From: the human T2T-CHM13v2.0 reference genome, Homo sapiens
NCBI RefSeq assembly: GCF_009914755.1
Contig: NC_060934.1
DNA: 64,000 bases
Reading direction: 5' to 3' (one strand)
Part shown: piece after piece, positions 13,283 to 31,830 of the stretch
How the letters are laid out: each line of letters opens with the position of its first letter
Position numbering within the stretch: position 1 is the first letter of the stretch
Notes under the pieces: generated by a model
The model's input: only the letters and a program-made list of their open reading frames with translations
Database searches by the model: none
What the model was told of the DNA's origin: nothing
Program-made: the position numbers and the translations under genes

Positions 13283-14678
13283 CTTTGCAAAAAGGACAGA
13301 TAAATTCAACAAAATGCATTTGAGCAGCACAATAGACTTTTCACCCAGGGAGATACTCCTGATTAATAATGCATCGTAATTAAAAATGCCATCCAATTTG
13401 GAGCCACAGTAGGAGGAAGAGTTGGTTATGTTTTATTTAGACAGGCGCTTCTTTCTGGAAGCTGAGTTTTGGGGAATCTACTGGAGACTCTTTCCTCCTT
13501 GAATCCTTTAGCTGTGTTGAAGGGCCAAATTTAGTCTTTGGACAGCATGTAGGACTCCTCGTTGAGTACACTTGGACTTGTGTCTGCACATTCAAGGACT
13601 AAATTTGGCCCTGAGTTTATGTAACACAATACAAGGCACATGAATTTTCATGGATATGTACATCTGAATACACTGAATGGATAAAAACCTCCCCCTTGTC
13701 CTCCCCCACTCAATGGGGGATTCTATGGCTGGGAAGTGAGAGGTGTCTGGACAGCAGCTGGTGACAGCCTGTGAATTCTGAGGGTCCACGGCTGCAGTGA
13801 GCTCGGGCTCATCTCTGCTGATGAGCTGCTGCACAATTAGAGGAGAATGGGCAGTGGCGATTTATTGTCCTAAGGACAGGAATCAGCTGTCATGAGCTGA
13901 TTATCAAAACAACAGGTCTGAATGTAGCCAGGGTTGGGCAATTCATTTGGTTAGAGGGTCTACTCCATGGGTTATACTGAGCAAGAACTCCAGATGCACA
14001 TGGCGCACACAGGCAATTGTGTAACAAAAGGTTGAAAACAGCTCCCCTGAATTTTTTGCTGTTTGATGAGACAAGCGTGCTCCTGAAGGAAACGTGGCCA
14101 TTTGCTGTATTAGTCCACTACTGCCATAGGGATCCCACGTTCTCTTTTCTCTCTTTTTTTTAACAGAAAAACAAAAGTTAAAAAAAACGAAAAACGAAAA
14201 ACAAAAAAACATAGCTTTCCCCATAGCTCGTCATTTTTAATTGATTGTGTTTATGATTTTGATGCTGAAAGTATTTGAGAATTCTTGAAATCATCAGAGG
14301 TCCTTAGCAAAGACACTGAATTCAGGGTAAACAGAGTTCTAACCTTGGTTTTACTGTGAAATGAATTTGGTTCAGTGAGCTAGTTTCCTCTTCTTTAAAG
14401 TTGTCTGATTCACAAAGAAGTATAAGAATCAACACAGAGATATGTGGAACTGGATACACAAAAAGGATAAAGTCGCCCACAAATACTGTTGCAAAGCTTT
14501 TATTCTACATTATTTGAAATCAGGGACGCTATCTGGCCCCTATTCATTAAATTTGGAGAGCATGCACCCAGTGGGAGCTCAAGAAATCCTTGGTCAATTT
14601 GATAACAAGGTTTACCGTTTAAAACTCACCATTAGATTCTTTCAACCTCCAAGTATGGAAAAGGAAATGCCAGCTTAC

Positions 14679-14696
14679 CTCAACAATGAGAACATT
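14679..14696 (-). CDS. PRTFDC1: PRTFDC1 coding exon 5, 18-nt microexon (NVLIVE)
   Basis: ttttgtttatttcag|AATGTTCTCATTGTTGAG|gtaagc. In frame between exons 4 and 6, and the same size as HPRT1 exon 5. Confidence 0.95.
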
Positions 14697-15306
14697 CTGA
14701 AATAAACAAAACCCATATTTTAGAATGTGATGCCAATCTGACTCACAGGATACATACACATTTTTTTGCTTATAGTTAGAATTTCACAATTTACTTAGAC
14801 GGTCCTTCCCCATCCATCTAATTCAAAGGACTAGAGGTGATCTAGGTTTTCCAGATTCATTTTAACAGGTCCTCTGGAATTAGTTGGTGGTGCAATATTA
14901 GTATCTATATTTAGGTTAGAAGCAAGCTTATCTTAGACCTGTCTGACGAGCTCTCCATAAAGTCATCCCATTTCAGTAATTCTGCCAAGGGCCTCCCACC
15001 CCCAGCATTCCCTTGGGAGGCAAAGCCTGTTGAGAGTTTACCAGGAAAACAATGCAACATGAACTGCATTGCTAATGGAGACCGTGCTCGGTAAATGCAT
15101 CATGGGTTCAGCTGTGACAGCCTTACTCTTGCACAGCCACGAAAATCCCTGGGGACTCAGGATTTCCTCTTGGATTGTCAACCTAGATGAAGAGGGTAGG
15201 CTAGAGAAAGGGCTGGGAGGTGCCTGGTCTGTATTTTTAGCGAGCTGGTTAGATTCTTTGCAACAAGCTCTCAAGGCATTCCTCTACCTCTCCCCTAAGA
15301 ACACTG

Positions 15307-16002
<696 letters not shown>

Positions 16003-16384
16003 CGATGATTGTACTGCATTTTAATTTCTTGTTTGATATCTGTCTTCCCCACTATATTCTAATCTCCATGAGGTTGGGATCATGTTTGTCTTGATTCCTA
16101 CCGCATTGCCAGAAACTAGCATAATGCCTGCATATAAATGCTCAATAATTATTTGTTGAATAAAGCAATAATAACTGATTAAACTTATTACTGAGTTAAA
16201 ACTGACTGATTAATTGGATTAGCAGTGACATGTTAATGCTGCCCCACCAAATTAAAATATGACTGTTAATATGCCATCCCAGTTTACTAAATGGTGAGAC
16301 TATCCTTTCAACGTAATGGTGTTTCTCTTTCTTCAGATGATGTTTCATTTATCTCTATGATTTATACAATACTTTAAGAATCAT

Positions 16385-16690
<306 letters not shown>

Positions 16691-17505
16691 TCAAATACTA
16701 CACATTCGATAACTTACTTATGTTTAATGCAAGATTTAATTAATAAAAATGTTAACCACCCAACCACCAAACCAGCCGACCAACAACTCTGTTAACTTTG
16801 CACCGTATATCAAACACATTCTTATGTTAAAATAACTTCTTGGAAGTGTTTTTCTGTCAGTTATGACATTTTTATTCATTAAATCCATTGAAAATCTTAA
16901 TTTTATCATGGAAATGTATAAGATTATTTTGTCCATTTTTGAAGCAGGGCATGCCACGTTACCCTCCACTCTTTCAGTATATTTCAGTGTATTGAAACCC
17001 CTTCTCTAACAAAAAATACAAGAGTCATACTGCCAGGGGAGTCCTCTTGGTATTTTCAACAAGAATTTCTATGATCCTAACAACCAATTTGCAGTAGTTA
17101 CTTGATATGTGCATTTTTAGTTTGATTGACGCTTACCAATCAGACCTATAAACCAACCAGAATACTTGGAGAATGTTGTGGTTAATTTAATTTTCTGGCT
17201 CACAATCTCTTTTTGTTTCAACTTTAAAAAGAAAAACCTTTCTAAAATGTGTTAGTCTGCATTCCTGCCTAATTAAGTAGAGTGTATGTGTTGAATGTAA
17301 TTAAATATTTTTTTGACAGTACAGAACCTTGCAAAACAATAGAGTCATCTTTGAAAAGATTAGCTTCAATTCTAAGATATAGTGGTAAGTGGGAAGTAGG
17401 ATTTGGATGTATACTGATATTGAGAGATATTGAAAGACACTGTCAAAATTATTCAAATACATCTTCAAATCAAGGTAATGCATACACATGTTTAAAATAG
17501 ATTGA

Positions 17506-17830
<325 letters not shown>

Positions 17831-18642
17831 ATCAAATAGATTGAAAGGTTTTTAAAAGAAAAACACCCCTCCATCACTTCACCTCTGTTTGCTCCCAATT
17901 TTGTTTCCCAGAGACAGTCACTTTTAACTCTTTTAGCTGTTTTTCTGCTTGTTACTTTTTTATTTCTAAAAAATAGACTTAGTCATGTTTCACATAGCTA
18001 TTTCTGTACTTAAAAACATATTTAAATCATTTATTGACTTTTAGGTTGCTTGTTTCTTAAAAAGGGTTTAAGTACAAATGCGTATTTTTAAATTTTATTT
18101 TTATTTTTTAGAGACAGGATCTCGATCATAGCTCCCTGTAACCTTGAACTTCTGGCCTCAAGTGATCCTCCCTCCTCAGCCTCCCAGAGTGCTAGGATTA
18201 CAGGCATGAGCCACTGCGCCCAGCCGTGTATTCATTCTTATTATAGAAAGTGCATATATTTCCTTACATATAAATATATACCTGTCAAAGAAAGTTTGTA
18301 CTTTCTATAATATATAAATATAAAACATTATAAAATGCTTGAAAACCAGAAAAGTCTAAAGACTTTCTAAATTTTTGATACATGCTTAACTGTTTAAAGT
18401 ATATAAAATTTTTATGTGCTTTAAAATAGATTAAAGGTATCATGAATTCTTTATTATGTATAGCCAAACTATTATAACATCCAACAAAAATGATGATAAT
18501 TTCTTAACATCATATAAAGCCTACTATATATTCAAATTTCCCCAGTTGTCCTTAAAATGGCCTTTGTAGCTGGTTTATCCAACCTATACCATGGATTGGA
18601 TCTTCCCTTCTCTTTTAATTTAGAACAGTCTCTTTTGCAGTA

Positions 18643-21048
<2,406 letters not shown>

Positions 21049-21065
21049 TGCCTAAGATTAGCTCA

Positions 21066-21488
<423 letters not shown>

Positions 21489-22364
21489 TCAACAATTTTG
21501 ACCTCATTTCTTTCACTTTCTCTGGTTCATTGTATTTCTGATTCATCCCCTCCATTTTTCCTTAACAATCTGCAATTCCTCCTTAACCAAGCTATTATCA
21601 ATGTCTATTGCTTTTAATTTTGCACTAAGCAATTTCCTAAAATTCAGGTTTTTTGAGTGGGCAACTTCTCTTTTCAGTACACACCATGCCTCCTAAACAC
21701 TTCCAATCTGATAACTCTGATCACTGCATCTGAGATGTTTGCCAGTTACTGTCTTAGTCATCTCATCACACCTAGCTCATTTCCTCCCAGAAAGCCAGTA
21801 AAATCTGCAGCCTAGGAGCTGCAGGCAAAAACTCTATGAGGAATCTCTGGGGTGTGCTTTCTTTGCTGTTGCATGATTCTGATCAAAACTAATCACAAGG
21901 GGTTTCCTAACAAAAAAGAAAAAGAAAGGAAGAAAGAAGAAAAGAAGGGAGGAAAGAATTGCACAAACCTACATGATATTCTTAAATAGGTTATTCCTAC
22001 TTCTAGTATTTTAGAGCACACAGTGATTTGCACACCACACCGTCTCATCTGCAGCAGTGTAGTTTGGTGGCCGTGATCACACTAATCAAGAGCAATGGCA
22101 GCAGTGACAATGAGCTGTATTGGGGATATGGAGAATGAGTAGGAATGTGAATATAAACCCCATGGAAAAGGGAATGTAGTTTAGCATTTCGTTTTATGTG
22201 ATAATTCACAAAATTTCCAGAATCATCAGTCAGTGGGTCTTTCCATTATTGTTCTCAGCTTAGTCAGATGAAATAAAAAAAGAATGATTTAAACAGTTAA
22301 GGCAGCCAAGGGGGAACTTTTGGCAGTTTCCGATGCTTCACTCTGGCATTTAATTAGAATCTTA

Positions 22365-22784
<420 letters not shown>

Positions 22785-23062
22785 TTATTCCACCCTTTCA
22801 GAGGTTCCTCGTGAATATGAATAAAATCTTACTTTAATAGATACACACATTTTATGAAGTGCCAATATTAAATCAACTTTGGAAAAAAAATCAGCCAGAG
22901 AGTACATTGTGTAGACAGCTTAAACACACCGAATAAAATGCTTTTAACATCATGAACTGAAGAGGCCATTTAACTTAATCATTGAGGGCTCACTTTATTC
23001 AACAGCAATGACCTATTTAGAACCATGACTCAGACAGCTTCCCTTGTGAGCTTCCTTTCCTT

Positions 23063-23343
23063 GGAAGAAAAGAAAGAAAGAGAGAGAGAGAGAGAAAAGA
23101 AGAGAGAGAAAGGAAGAGAGAGAAAGGAATTTTAAAAAAAGCAAAAAAATACAAAAAGAAAGAAAAAGAGAGAAAGGAAGAGAGAAAGAAAGAGAACAAA
23201 AAAAGCAAGGAAGAGATGAGAAAGAAAGGTAGTTTCTCGGGGTTCAAAGTAAAAAATGTTTTATTTAAAAAAAAGAAAGGGAGAAAGAAATGGAAGAAAG
23301 AAAGAAAAAGAGAGATGGAGGGAGGGAGAGAGAGAGAGAGAGG
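23063..23343 (+). repeat. GA-rich low-complexity tract
   Basis: Read directly. Confidence 0.9.
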
Positions 23344-24087
23344 GCTGTGTAGAGTCTCCTTTTTTTCTAAATATTTTAATCCCATGTCTTCAAGGGCTCC
23401 AGAAGTATTATACAGTTATGGGTTCATAATGCCTCTAACTCACAGCATGACAAGATTATGTAGGTGAGCTATTTCCCCATGTTTTATAGAGTTCTTTCAT
23501 ACACAAATTTAATTTTAAAAAATCCTTTCTAGCCCTCCCTCCTTCATTTAACTCTGTCACGGCTCCTTTTGATACCACGATTCCTTCTCTTCCACCCTAA
23601 CTTGGCTCCTGTAGTTCAAGTGCTCCTGCAGGCTCCGCCTACCCCGCCTCCAAACTGCTCTCTCCTCTCTTTCAGCCATTCTTCCCTCTTGTCAGTTTCA
23701 TTTTCCTAAAACACAGCTCCATGATGTCATCTCTGCTCAAATACTTTTGTGTCTCCTGTTTGCTTTGCTGAGCAAGTTCAGCTCTTCATTGAGACTTTCA
23801 ATGTATTCTACACATCAAACCCCGTGTTTTCATTTTTTTTTTCCTACTACTTCCCTGTTTTTGATTAATTTCCTTCAGTCATGCTGGTCCACTTATGTCC
23901 AGTGATCCTACTCTTTTCTCGATTACCCCATTCCATATTTTTATTTTTATTAAGTTTTATTCTTGTTGTAGGCTTTGTGGAATTTTCTTCAAAGCCATCA
24001 CCTATTTATGAAGGATTAGGGCTAATTATTAGTGGGGGATAGGTTGCGGTATTGTATTAAATTTTGGTGGGGTTTTTGTAGGTTTAA

Positions 24088-24379
<292 letters not shown>

Positions 24380-25169
24380 TTAATGGTTTTTTAAATTTAT
24401 TTGGAGGGAATGATCGTTGGTTTTGGGTACATGACAGTGATAGCTATGGAGGAGTACCTTGAGGCTTGGGGGTCAACTGTTGCCCTTGGGGGGCCCTTGC
24501 TCTCTTTTCTGTGTTAGTCACAAACCCTTCTATTCCAGGTAAAAGCTCACCCTCCCCTCTCTAAGACTATCTGAATCCTAAGGAATCCTTCATTCTTTGG
24601 ATTTCTTTAAATCCAAGGAAAGAGTCTTGCATGGAAAGACCTATGGGGCTCTTCTTAGAGTGCCAAGCATGAAATAAGAGAAGGTGTGTTTCCTGGGAAC
24701 AAATTCCTGGCAGAGTAATAACATGATGATAAATGTACTTTAAATGTAAGTTTACTGAATGACTGACAAATTGTATTATCACTACAGGAGAAAGGAGAAG
24801 TCACTGCAGCCTCAACCTCCTGAGCCCAAGTGATCACCCACCTTAGCCTCCTGAGTAGCTGAGTCTACAGGTGTGCACCACCATTTTAAATTATTAAATA
24901 AATTAAATTTTAAATTTCTTTTGTAGAGACACAGTCTCACTATGTTGCCCAGGCTGGTCTCAAACTCCTGGCCTCAACAATCCTTTCATCCACTGCAGAT
25001 ATTTATTGCAGTTTCAGACTTTCTTCTACACCCATTAAAACAAGTACCCACTAACTGTTGGGTGCCTTTTCCTTTTACATTTTTTTTTTTTCCAGCTAGT
25101 GTATATTCTGCATGATGGGAAGATTTTGGAGAGCCTCTAAAACTTATTTCTAAAATCTTGCCAATCCTT

Positions 25170-25427
25170 ATTTTTTAAATTTTATTTTTTCGTTGATACA
25201 CAATGTTTTATGTATTTACGGAGTACATGAGTGTTTGTTACATGCATGGAATGCGTAATGAGCAGGTCAGGGTATTTGGGGTAGCCATTGCCTTGACTGT
25301 CTATTATTGCTATGTGTTGGGAACATTTCAAGTCTTCTAGCTACTTTGAAATATACAACACATTGCTGTTAACCATCGTCGCTCTACATTGCCATTGAAT
25401 AGTGGGGCTTATTTGTTCTATCTAACT
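25170..25427 (-). mobile_element. L1MA 3' end fragment
   Basis: tacatgcat...gtcagggtatttggg...gggaacatttcaagtc...ctagctactttgaaatatacaa. Confidence 0.75.
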
Positions 25428-25500
25428 TAATTGATAACCTTTCACGGAGAGGCTGAATGAAGAATGAGTGAACAGCGTGGGTCATATGAAGGCCTTTATC

Positions 25501-25902
25501 TTTTTTTTTTTTAACCTTACTCATATCTTGTATTTTATTTCTTATGAAAATGGCTACCCAAAGAAGTCATTGTATCAGCCTACTATCCTAAGGCAGCAAC
25601 TATAATGTAAATGCTAACAAACTCACTCCATAAGACCAAAAACCCTTCCCCAGGGCTGTAATGGGCATTTAAGTTTCCCAAACCCAGTGACAACTAATGA
25701 TTTTTATTACCTATCAAATGGAAACAAATGGATTTTAATAGTTCCCCTACAGCTGAAAAACTCCACAAACAATACATTGCCTCTACCTACATGATCCGTT
25801 GACTCATGCCAGAAATAGCTTCTAAAACATTTACAACTGTGATGCTCAAACTGGGCTCTGGCTACTTCTGGTGGTTATTTGGTGTTATGCCAAGGCATAT
25901 TG
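25501..25902 (-). pseudogene. Retroposed poly(A)-tailed fragment (processed-pseudogene 3'UTR or orphan transduction), parent unknown
   Basis: T12 at 25501-25512 and AATAAA (minus) at 25534-25539. TSD gaaggcctttatc(tttttt) at 25488 and 25903; TT|AAAA endonuclease site. Confidence 0.8.
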
Positions 25903-26390
25903 GAAGGCCTTTATCTTTTTTAAGGAAAAGGAAATTTTAAAAGCTAAGTGAAATTTTTTTCACTGTTCCACCTCAGCTGTGTTGCATTCACTTCCTCAGT
26001 CCCCGTTGAATCTCCTATGAGGAAGCCTTTCTGCCTCAACAAAGAGGGTGCTCCTCCCTCACTCAGCACCTTTCTCTCCACCTCTCAACTAACCAGCTGG
26101 TGGGTGTGTCCTTGGGTGTGACCATGTGGGCTTATTTACCATTTCCCTCTGCCCTGTCCTCTCTTACCCCAAACTAATCAAAGACTTCTTTCTAATTTCT
26201 ATATAAGAGGACCATCCACTTGTTCAGTCACCAAATATTTATTCCAATTTGTTATGGACCAGGTATGGTCTCTGCCCACTTCATGCTGACTTCCTGGTTG
26301 GGGAGACAGGCAAATAAAAAATAAGCCCTAAGGTAAACATTGCAACTTGTGGAAAGGGCTCTAGTGGAAACAAGGTATGGATATACAGAT

Positions 26391-26690
26391 TATTATTATT
26401 ATTTTTTTAAGGGACAGAGTCTTGTTCTGTCGCCCAGGCTGGAGTGCACTGGTGCCATCATAGCTCACTGCAGCCTTAACTCTTGAGCTTAAGTGATCCT
26501 CTTCCTCAGCCTCCCAAGTAGCTGGGATTACAGGTGTGCACCACCATGCCTGGCTAATTTTCGTATTTTTAGTAGAGACAGGGTTTTGCTATGTTGGCCT
26601 GGCAGGTCTCCAACTTCCGACCTCAAATGATCTGCCCATCTCGGCCTCTGAAAGTGCTGGGATTGCAGGCATGAGCCACCATGCCCAGCC
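26391..26690 (-). mobile_element. Alu with S-type left arm and J-type right arm
   Basis: Left arm gaggtc/ggccaac; right arm aggctgcagtgagctatgat. Confidence 0.85.
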
Positions 26691-26963
26691 GTCTATGTGC
26701 AAATTTCTTCTTGGCATTCATTTGGGAATTTTAGAGTTGTCACTTTGACAGACTCCATAGCAAAAGCACAAGGTAAACTATTTCTTTTGTGTAATAAACC
26801 TGTAAGGCAGTGTCCTACAATAAAATGCTAAAATGACGTATTAGCTAAAGACCACTCCAGGGTCGTTAAAACTTATGAATTTCTGGAAATTACTTTGAGT
26901 ATTTTAGCTTTCTAGGATGTTGTTTTATGCACCAATGTAACAGTAACATCAAATGGTGGCTTA

Positions 26964-27374
<411 letters not shown>

Positions 27375-28281
27375 GTCCTTGTGGCTCTATAGCCATCCTA
27401 TGATTATTACACATATTTTTATGAAATGTGGCTGCTATTTTTTTCCCTACCCGGGCATTGCATAACGATAACAAGCACAAGTATGAGAGATTAAGCTTGT
27501 GTAATAGACTAATCCATTTAACTTAGAAAGCCAAGCAGTTCAGGGATAAGGAATACAAGCTAGGTCAGTACGGCTGAACAAAAACAAATTCCGGATTGCT
27601 TTTATTCACAGCAAATGTGCATTTCAAGTAACATTCCACGAACATCATCTTCGTTAGGAAACAACTCTTCTTTCCAGTTTATGTATTTCTGTCAGATCTA
27701 AACAGTCTTTTCACTTAATTATTAAGCACTGGCAGATTTGGAACTCCAAGTTAAAACTGGAGGTGTTCTTCCTATTATCTAATAGTTTACATTGTTTTTA
27801 ATAGAAAAAAAGGCAAAGTGCTGAAAACGCACTCTTAAGAGTTCCTTTTCTCTTCCCTCCCCAGATTTTGTACTTGTCAATGAACCTGTGTAAATGTCTT
27901 ACTGACGTGCCTGGGTGCAGAGGATGGATGAAAAAAAAAAAAAAGGCAGACGAATAAATAAAGGGAAAGCTTCCTTTTCAGAAGGTGCCTGGAAAGATGA
28001 GTAGAAAAGGATTAGAACAAGGTGGGCAAAGGGGTTTTGCTGTCTGAAACAAGATTGGAAGGAAGCTCGGAGAAGAAAGATTTGGTCTGCATGGTGTCTT
28101 GGAAGCATTCTAAAAAGAATGTTTTAGAAAGGGGAGATCATTAAAAGGATTCACGCAGCCATTTGTATGAATTGGAAAACCCGGGAGCATGTCTGAAATG
28201 TCCTGTGAGTGCTGACCTGAAATGCAGGTCACCGATGCCCCCAGACCTCAATGCGGTCTGAGCACAGTTACATGAACAAAC

Positions 28282-28347
28282 CTTTCCAGCCAGCGTTGAA
28301 AGATCATCGCCTCCGATTATCTGCATCTCACCCATGGACTGGTCATT
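28282..28347 (-). CDS. PRTFDC1: PRTFDC1 coding exon 4 (66 nt; [22 protein letters not shown])
   Basis: The peptide is paralogous to HPRT1 [22 protein letters not shown]. Acceptor tttgcag|AAT, donor AAG|gtttgt. Length equals HPRT1 exon 4. Confidence 0.97.
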
Positions 28348-28954
28348 CTGCAAAAAAGAAGAAAAAAAAGGGAGACAATTTTACCGCACAAGAAAACCTT
28401 TAAAGCACATTTTCCTGTCTACCCAGTTAGTGGCCGGAATGTGCCTTACAAATATAGCACAAATAGCTAATAGGGATTCATGGTTGCCTATGGTTACCAA
28501 GAGCCATGCTCCTGCTACTGCCCTTGAGACAAAGCTTTCTAATGGCTGGCAGGGAGAGGCTGGGTGTGCAGGGGGAGTGGGAGAGAGGAGAGAGGACAGA
28601 CAAATCTAACATGAAACAAAACACTCTGGAAGGTGTCTGAGCCTATCCTGGAGCAGAGAAAATTGGAGAAGACAGTCATGCTTCTGTGCTTTGCCTAGCT
28701 GGGGGTGGACTGAGTATGTGTCAGCTTTGCCACCAAGCTCTGATTAAAGATCTGCAGTGGAGAACAGTCAGATTCTGATTCCCTGAGAGACCGGAGGCCT
28801 CCTCTACTCCCCGCCATTGGAGATCCAGCCCCTCATCTGACATCCAGGGCAATTCTAACAGGCCATGAATCAAGAAGTATTGCACTTAGACCTTCTGACA
28901 TGAATGATGAGGTCTCAGCCAATTTCTGCAGTCCTAAGAATATGACACTCAGAA

Positions 28955-29422
<468 letters not shown>

Positions 29423-31019
29423 TAGAAGACTTTTCATTCAAATCCTGTTAGAGTTTATGATCATTTACTTTCATCATGTTTATGTATGGTATATTATCCT
29501 GTCCTAATGAAACCTCACAAAACAAACAAACAAACAAAATGGATTGTTACATAGTGACCATCATGATAGAATGACACAGAGGCAAAACAAGAAACAGAAC
29601 CAGCCACTTGTCTCCCAGCCTCATTACAGACCCACATTAAAGGAACCAAAGCCGATACATTCCGGCAGTCTGCTTCATGACCAAGCAAGAATGCTGTGAT
29701 GTTGCAATCCCTTGATTCTAACAATAACCTTGGGGAGAAAAAAACAATATACGCACCATATGTGCTACATGCTGAACCAGGAAACGTCTTTAGTTACTGC
29801 TGTGGACAGCTGTCACTTTTGCTAGCTCAGCACCTTTCCTCCTAAAGAGGCCCTCCCTCTTCCTGGGGGGAGTCCATTCCACATGGTTCAGGTAGGGCCA
29901 GGCCTTTGCAGTGCAGGCCAACCAGCTGGGCCTGAAGCTATACCCAGTCTCAGACTTCCCAGCTACTCAAGCCAATTCCCTTAGGAATTTTCTTGGGCTG
30001 GTTTGAATTGGATTCTCTCACTTGTAACTGTGTCTCTATCTAGAAGTACAGTTACTTTGTTATGGAGTTGGTCATCTGGGAAGGGAAAAAACAGCCAAAC
30101 CACCAGTAGGACAGTTTTGCCAATGAAACACCTTTTGTCTTTTTACCTTGCTGCTCAAACGAAAAAAAAAAAAGACCTTATAATTTTTTACCTTTTTTTT
30201 TTTTTTTAAGAGACATGGTCTCACTCTGTCACCTAGCCTGGAGAGCAGTGGTGCAATCATAGTTCACTGCTGCCTCAAACTCCTGGGCTCAAGCGATCCT
30301 CCTGCCTCAACCTCTCAAGTAGCTGGGACTGCAGGTGCTCACCACTATGCCTGGCCAAATATATTTTTACTTCTGCTTGGTAAAGCATTCACTCCTTACC
30401 ATGGATGGTTGGAGGGGGCACAGGCAGACAAGGAGAGAGGCTTCACACACTAGCTCATCCTGAAAGTGGTCCACTAAGTTAGATAAAACCAGTGATTTTC
30501 TTCTTATGGGAATTGATGTCAAAAGGAGAAAAATCAAAGGATATTCTGAATTTACAGATGTTTTGCTGTTTTTGTTCATATATCACCAGATATTCACAAG
30601 TAGTCATGACAGTGGTTAAGGACTTGTCAAAAATGTCAAAGGAGAAAATTTTCTTGTCACTGCTAGAGATGCTGAAATAGAGGAATTAACACAGGAAGAA
30701 TTTCTGCACATTAGACTTAAATATGTTGTTAATAGCAGCAGGAAAAATAAAATTTCAGTACTTCCAGGGACTGGGTTATACAGAATTGAATACAACTACT
30801 AAACTACAAAGTTTAATGTAACCAGTGAGATTTATAGTCTGTCAGATCAGAGTAAATTTCACAATAATTCTACTATTTTCATCTTCATTCTATTGATTAA
30901 AACCAAAAACCACAAAAATCAGATAACTAAATAATGTGCTAAAAGTCATAGATTATGTTACCAAGCAAGTGTTACTTAAGAAAGTCCTACTTCTTCCAAG
31001 TGTACAAACGTGTTTTTTT

Positions 31020-31830
31020 AAAATTTTTAATTGACCAACAATTACTATATATATTTGATATGGTTAGGCTGTGTCCCCACCAAATCTCATCTTGAACTGT
31101 AGTTCTCATAATTCCCATGTGTCATGGGGAGGGACCCAGTGGGAGGTAAATGAATCATGGAGGCAGTTACCTTCATGCTGTTCTCATGATGATGAGTGAG
31201 TTCTCACGAAATATGATGGTTTTATTAAGGGTCTTTTCCCCCTGCTTCATTCTGCACTTCTCCTTCCTGCCATCATGTGAAGAAGGGCATGTTTGTTTCT
31301 CCTTCCACCATGATTGTAGGTTTCCGGAGGCTTTCCTAGCCCTGTGGAACTGTGAATCAATTAAGCCTCTTTCCTCTATAAATTACCCAGTCTCAGGTAT
31401 GTGTTGGTATTAGCAACATGAGAATGGACTAATACAATATTTATGAGGTACAATGCGATGTTATGATACGTTTCTACATTATGGAATGATCAGATAAGGC
31501 TAATTAGCATATCCAACACTTCAGATATTTATCATTTCTTGTGTTGAGAACATTTAAATCCTCTTTTAGCTGTTTTGAAATATACATTATTATTAATTGT
31601 AGTCTTTGTGCTGTGCAATAGAACACCAGAACTTATTCCTCCTATCTGCCTGTAACTTTGCACCCACTGACCAACCTCTCCCCATTCTCCCCTGCTGCCC
31701 CCAGCCTCTGGTAAGCACCATTCTATTCTCTACTTCTATGAGTTCAGCTTTTTTATATTACACATATAAATGCAATTATATGGTATGTATCACTCTGTGC
31801 CTGGCTTATTTCACTCAGCATAATGTTCTC
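31020..31830 (-). mobile_element. L1MA/MB 3'UTR fragment split by THE1
   Basis: aggctaattagcatatcc...tgtgcaatagaacaccagaacttattcctcc...ctgtgcctggcttatttcactcagcataatg. Confidence 0.75.
31056..31436 (+). mobile_element. THE1 solo LTR inserted into an L1 3' end
   Basis: tgatatggttaggctgtgtcccc...ggactaataca with a perfect 5-bp TSD atatt. Confidence 0.9.
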
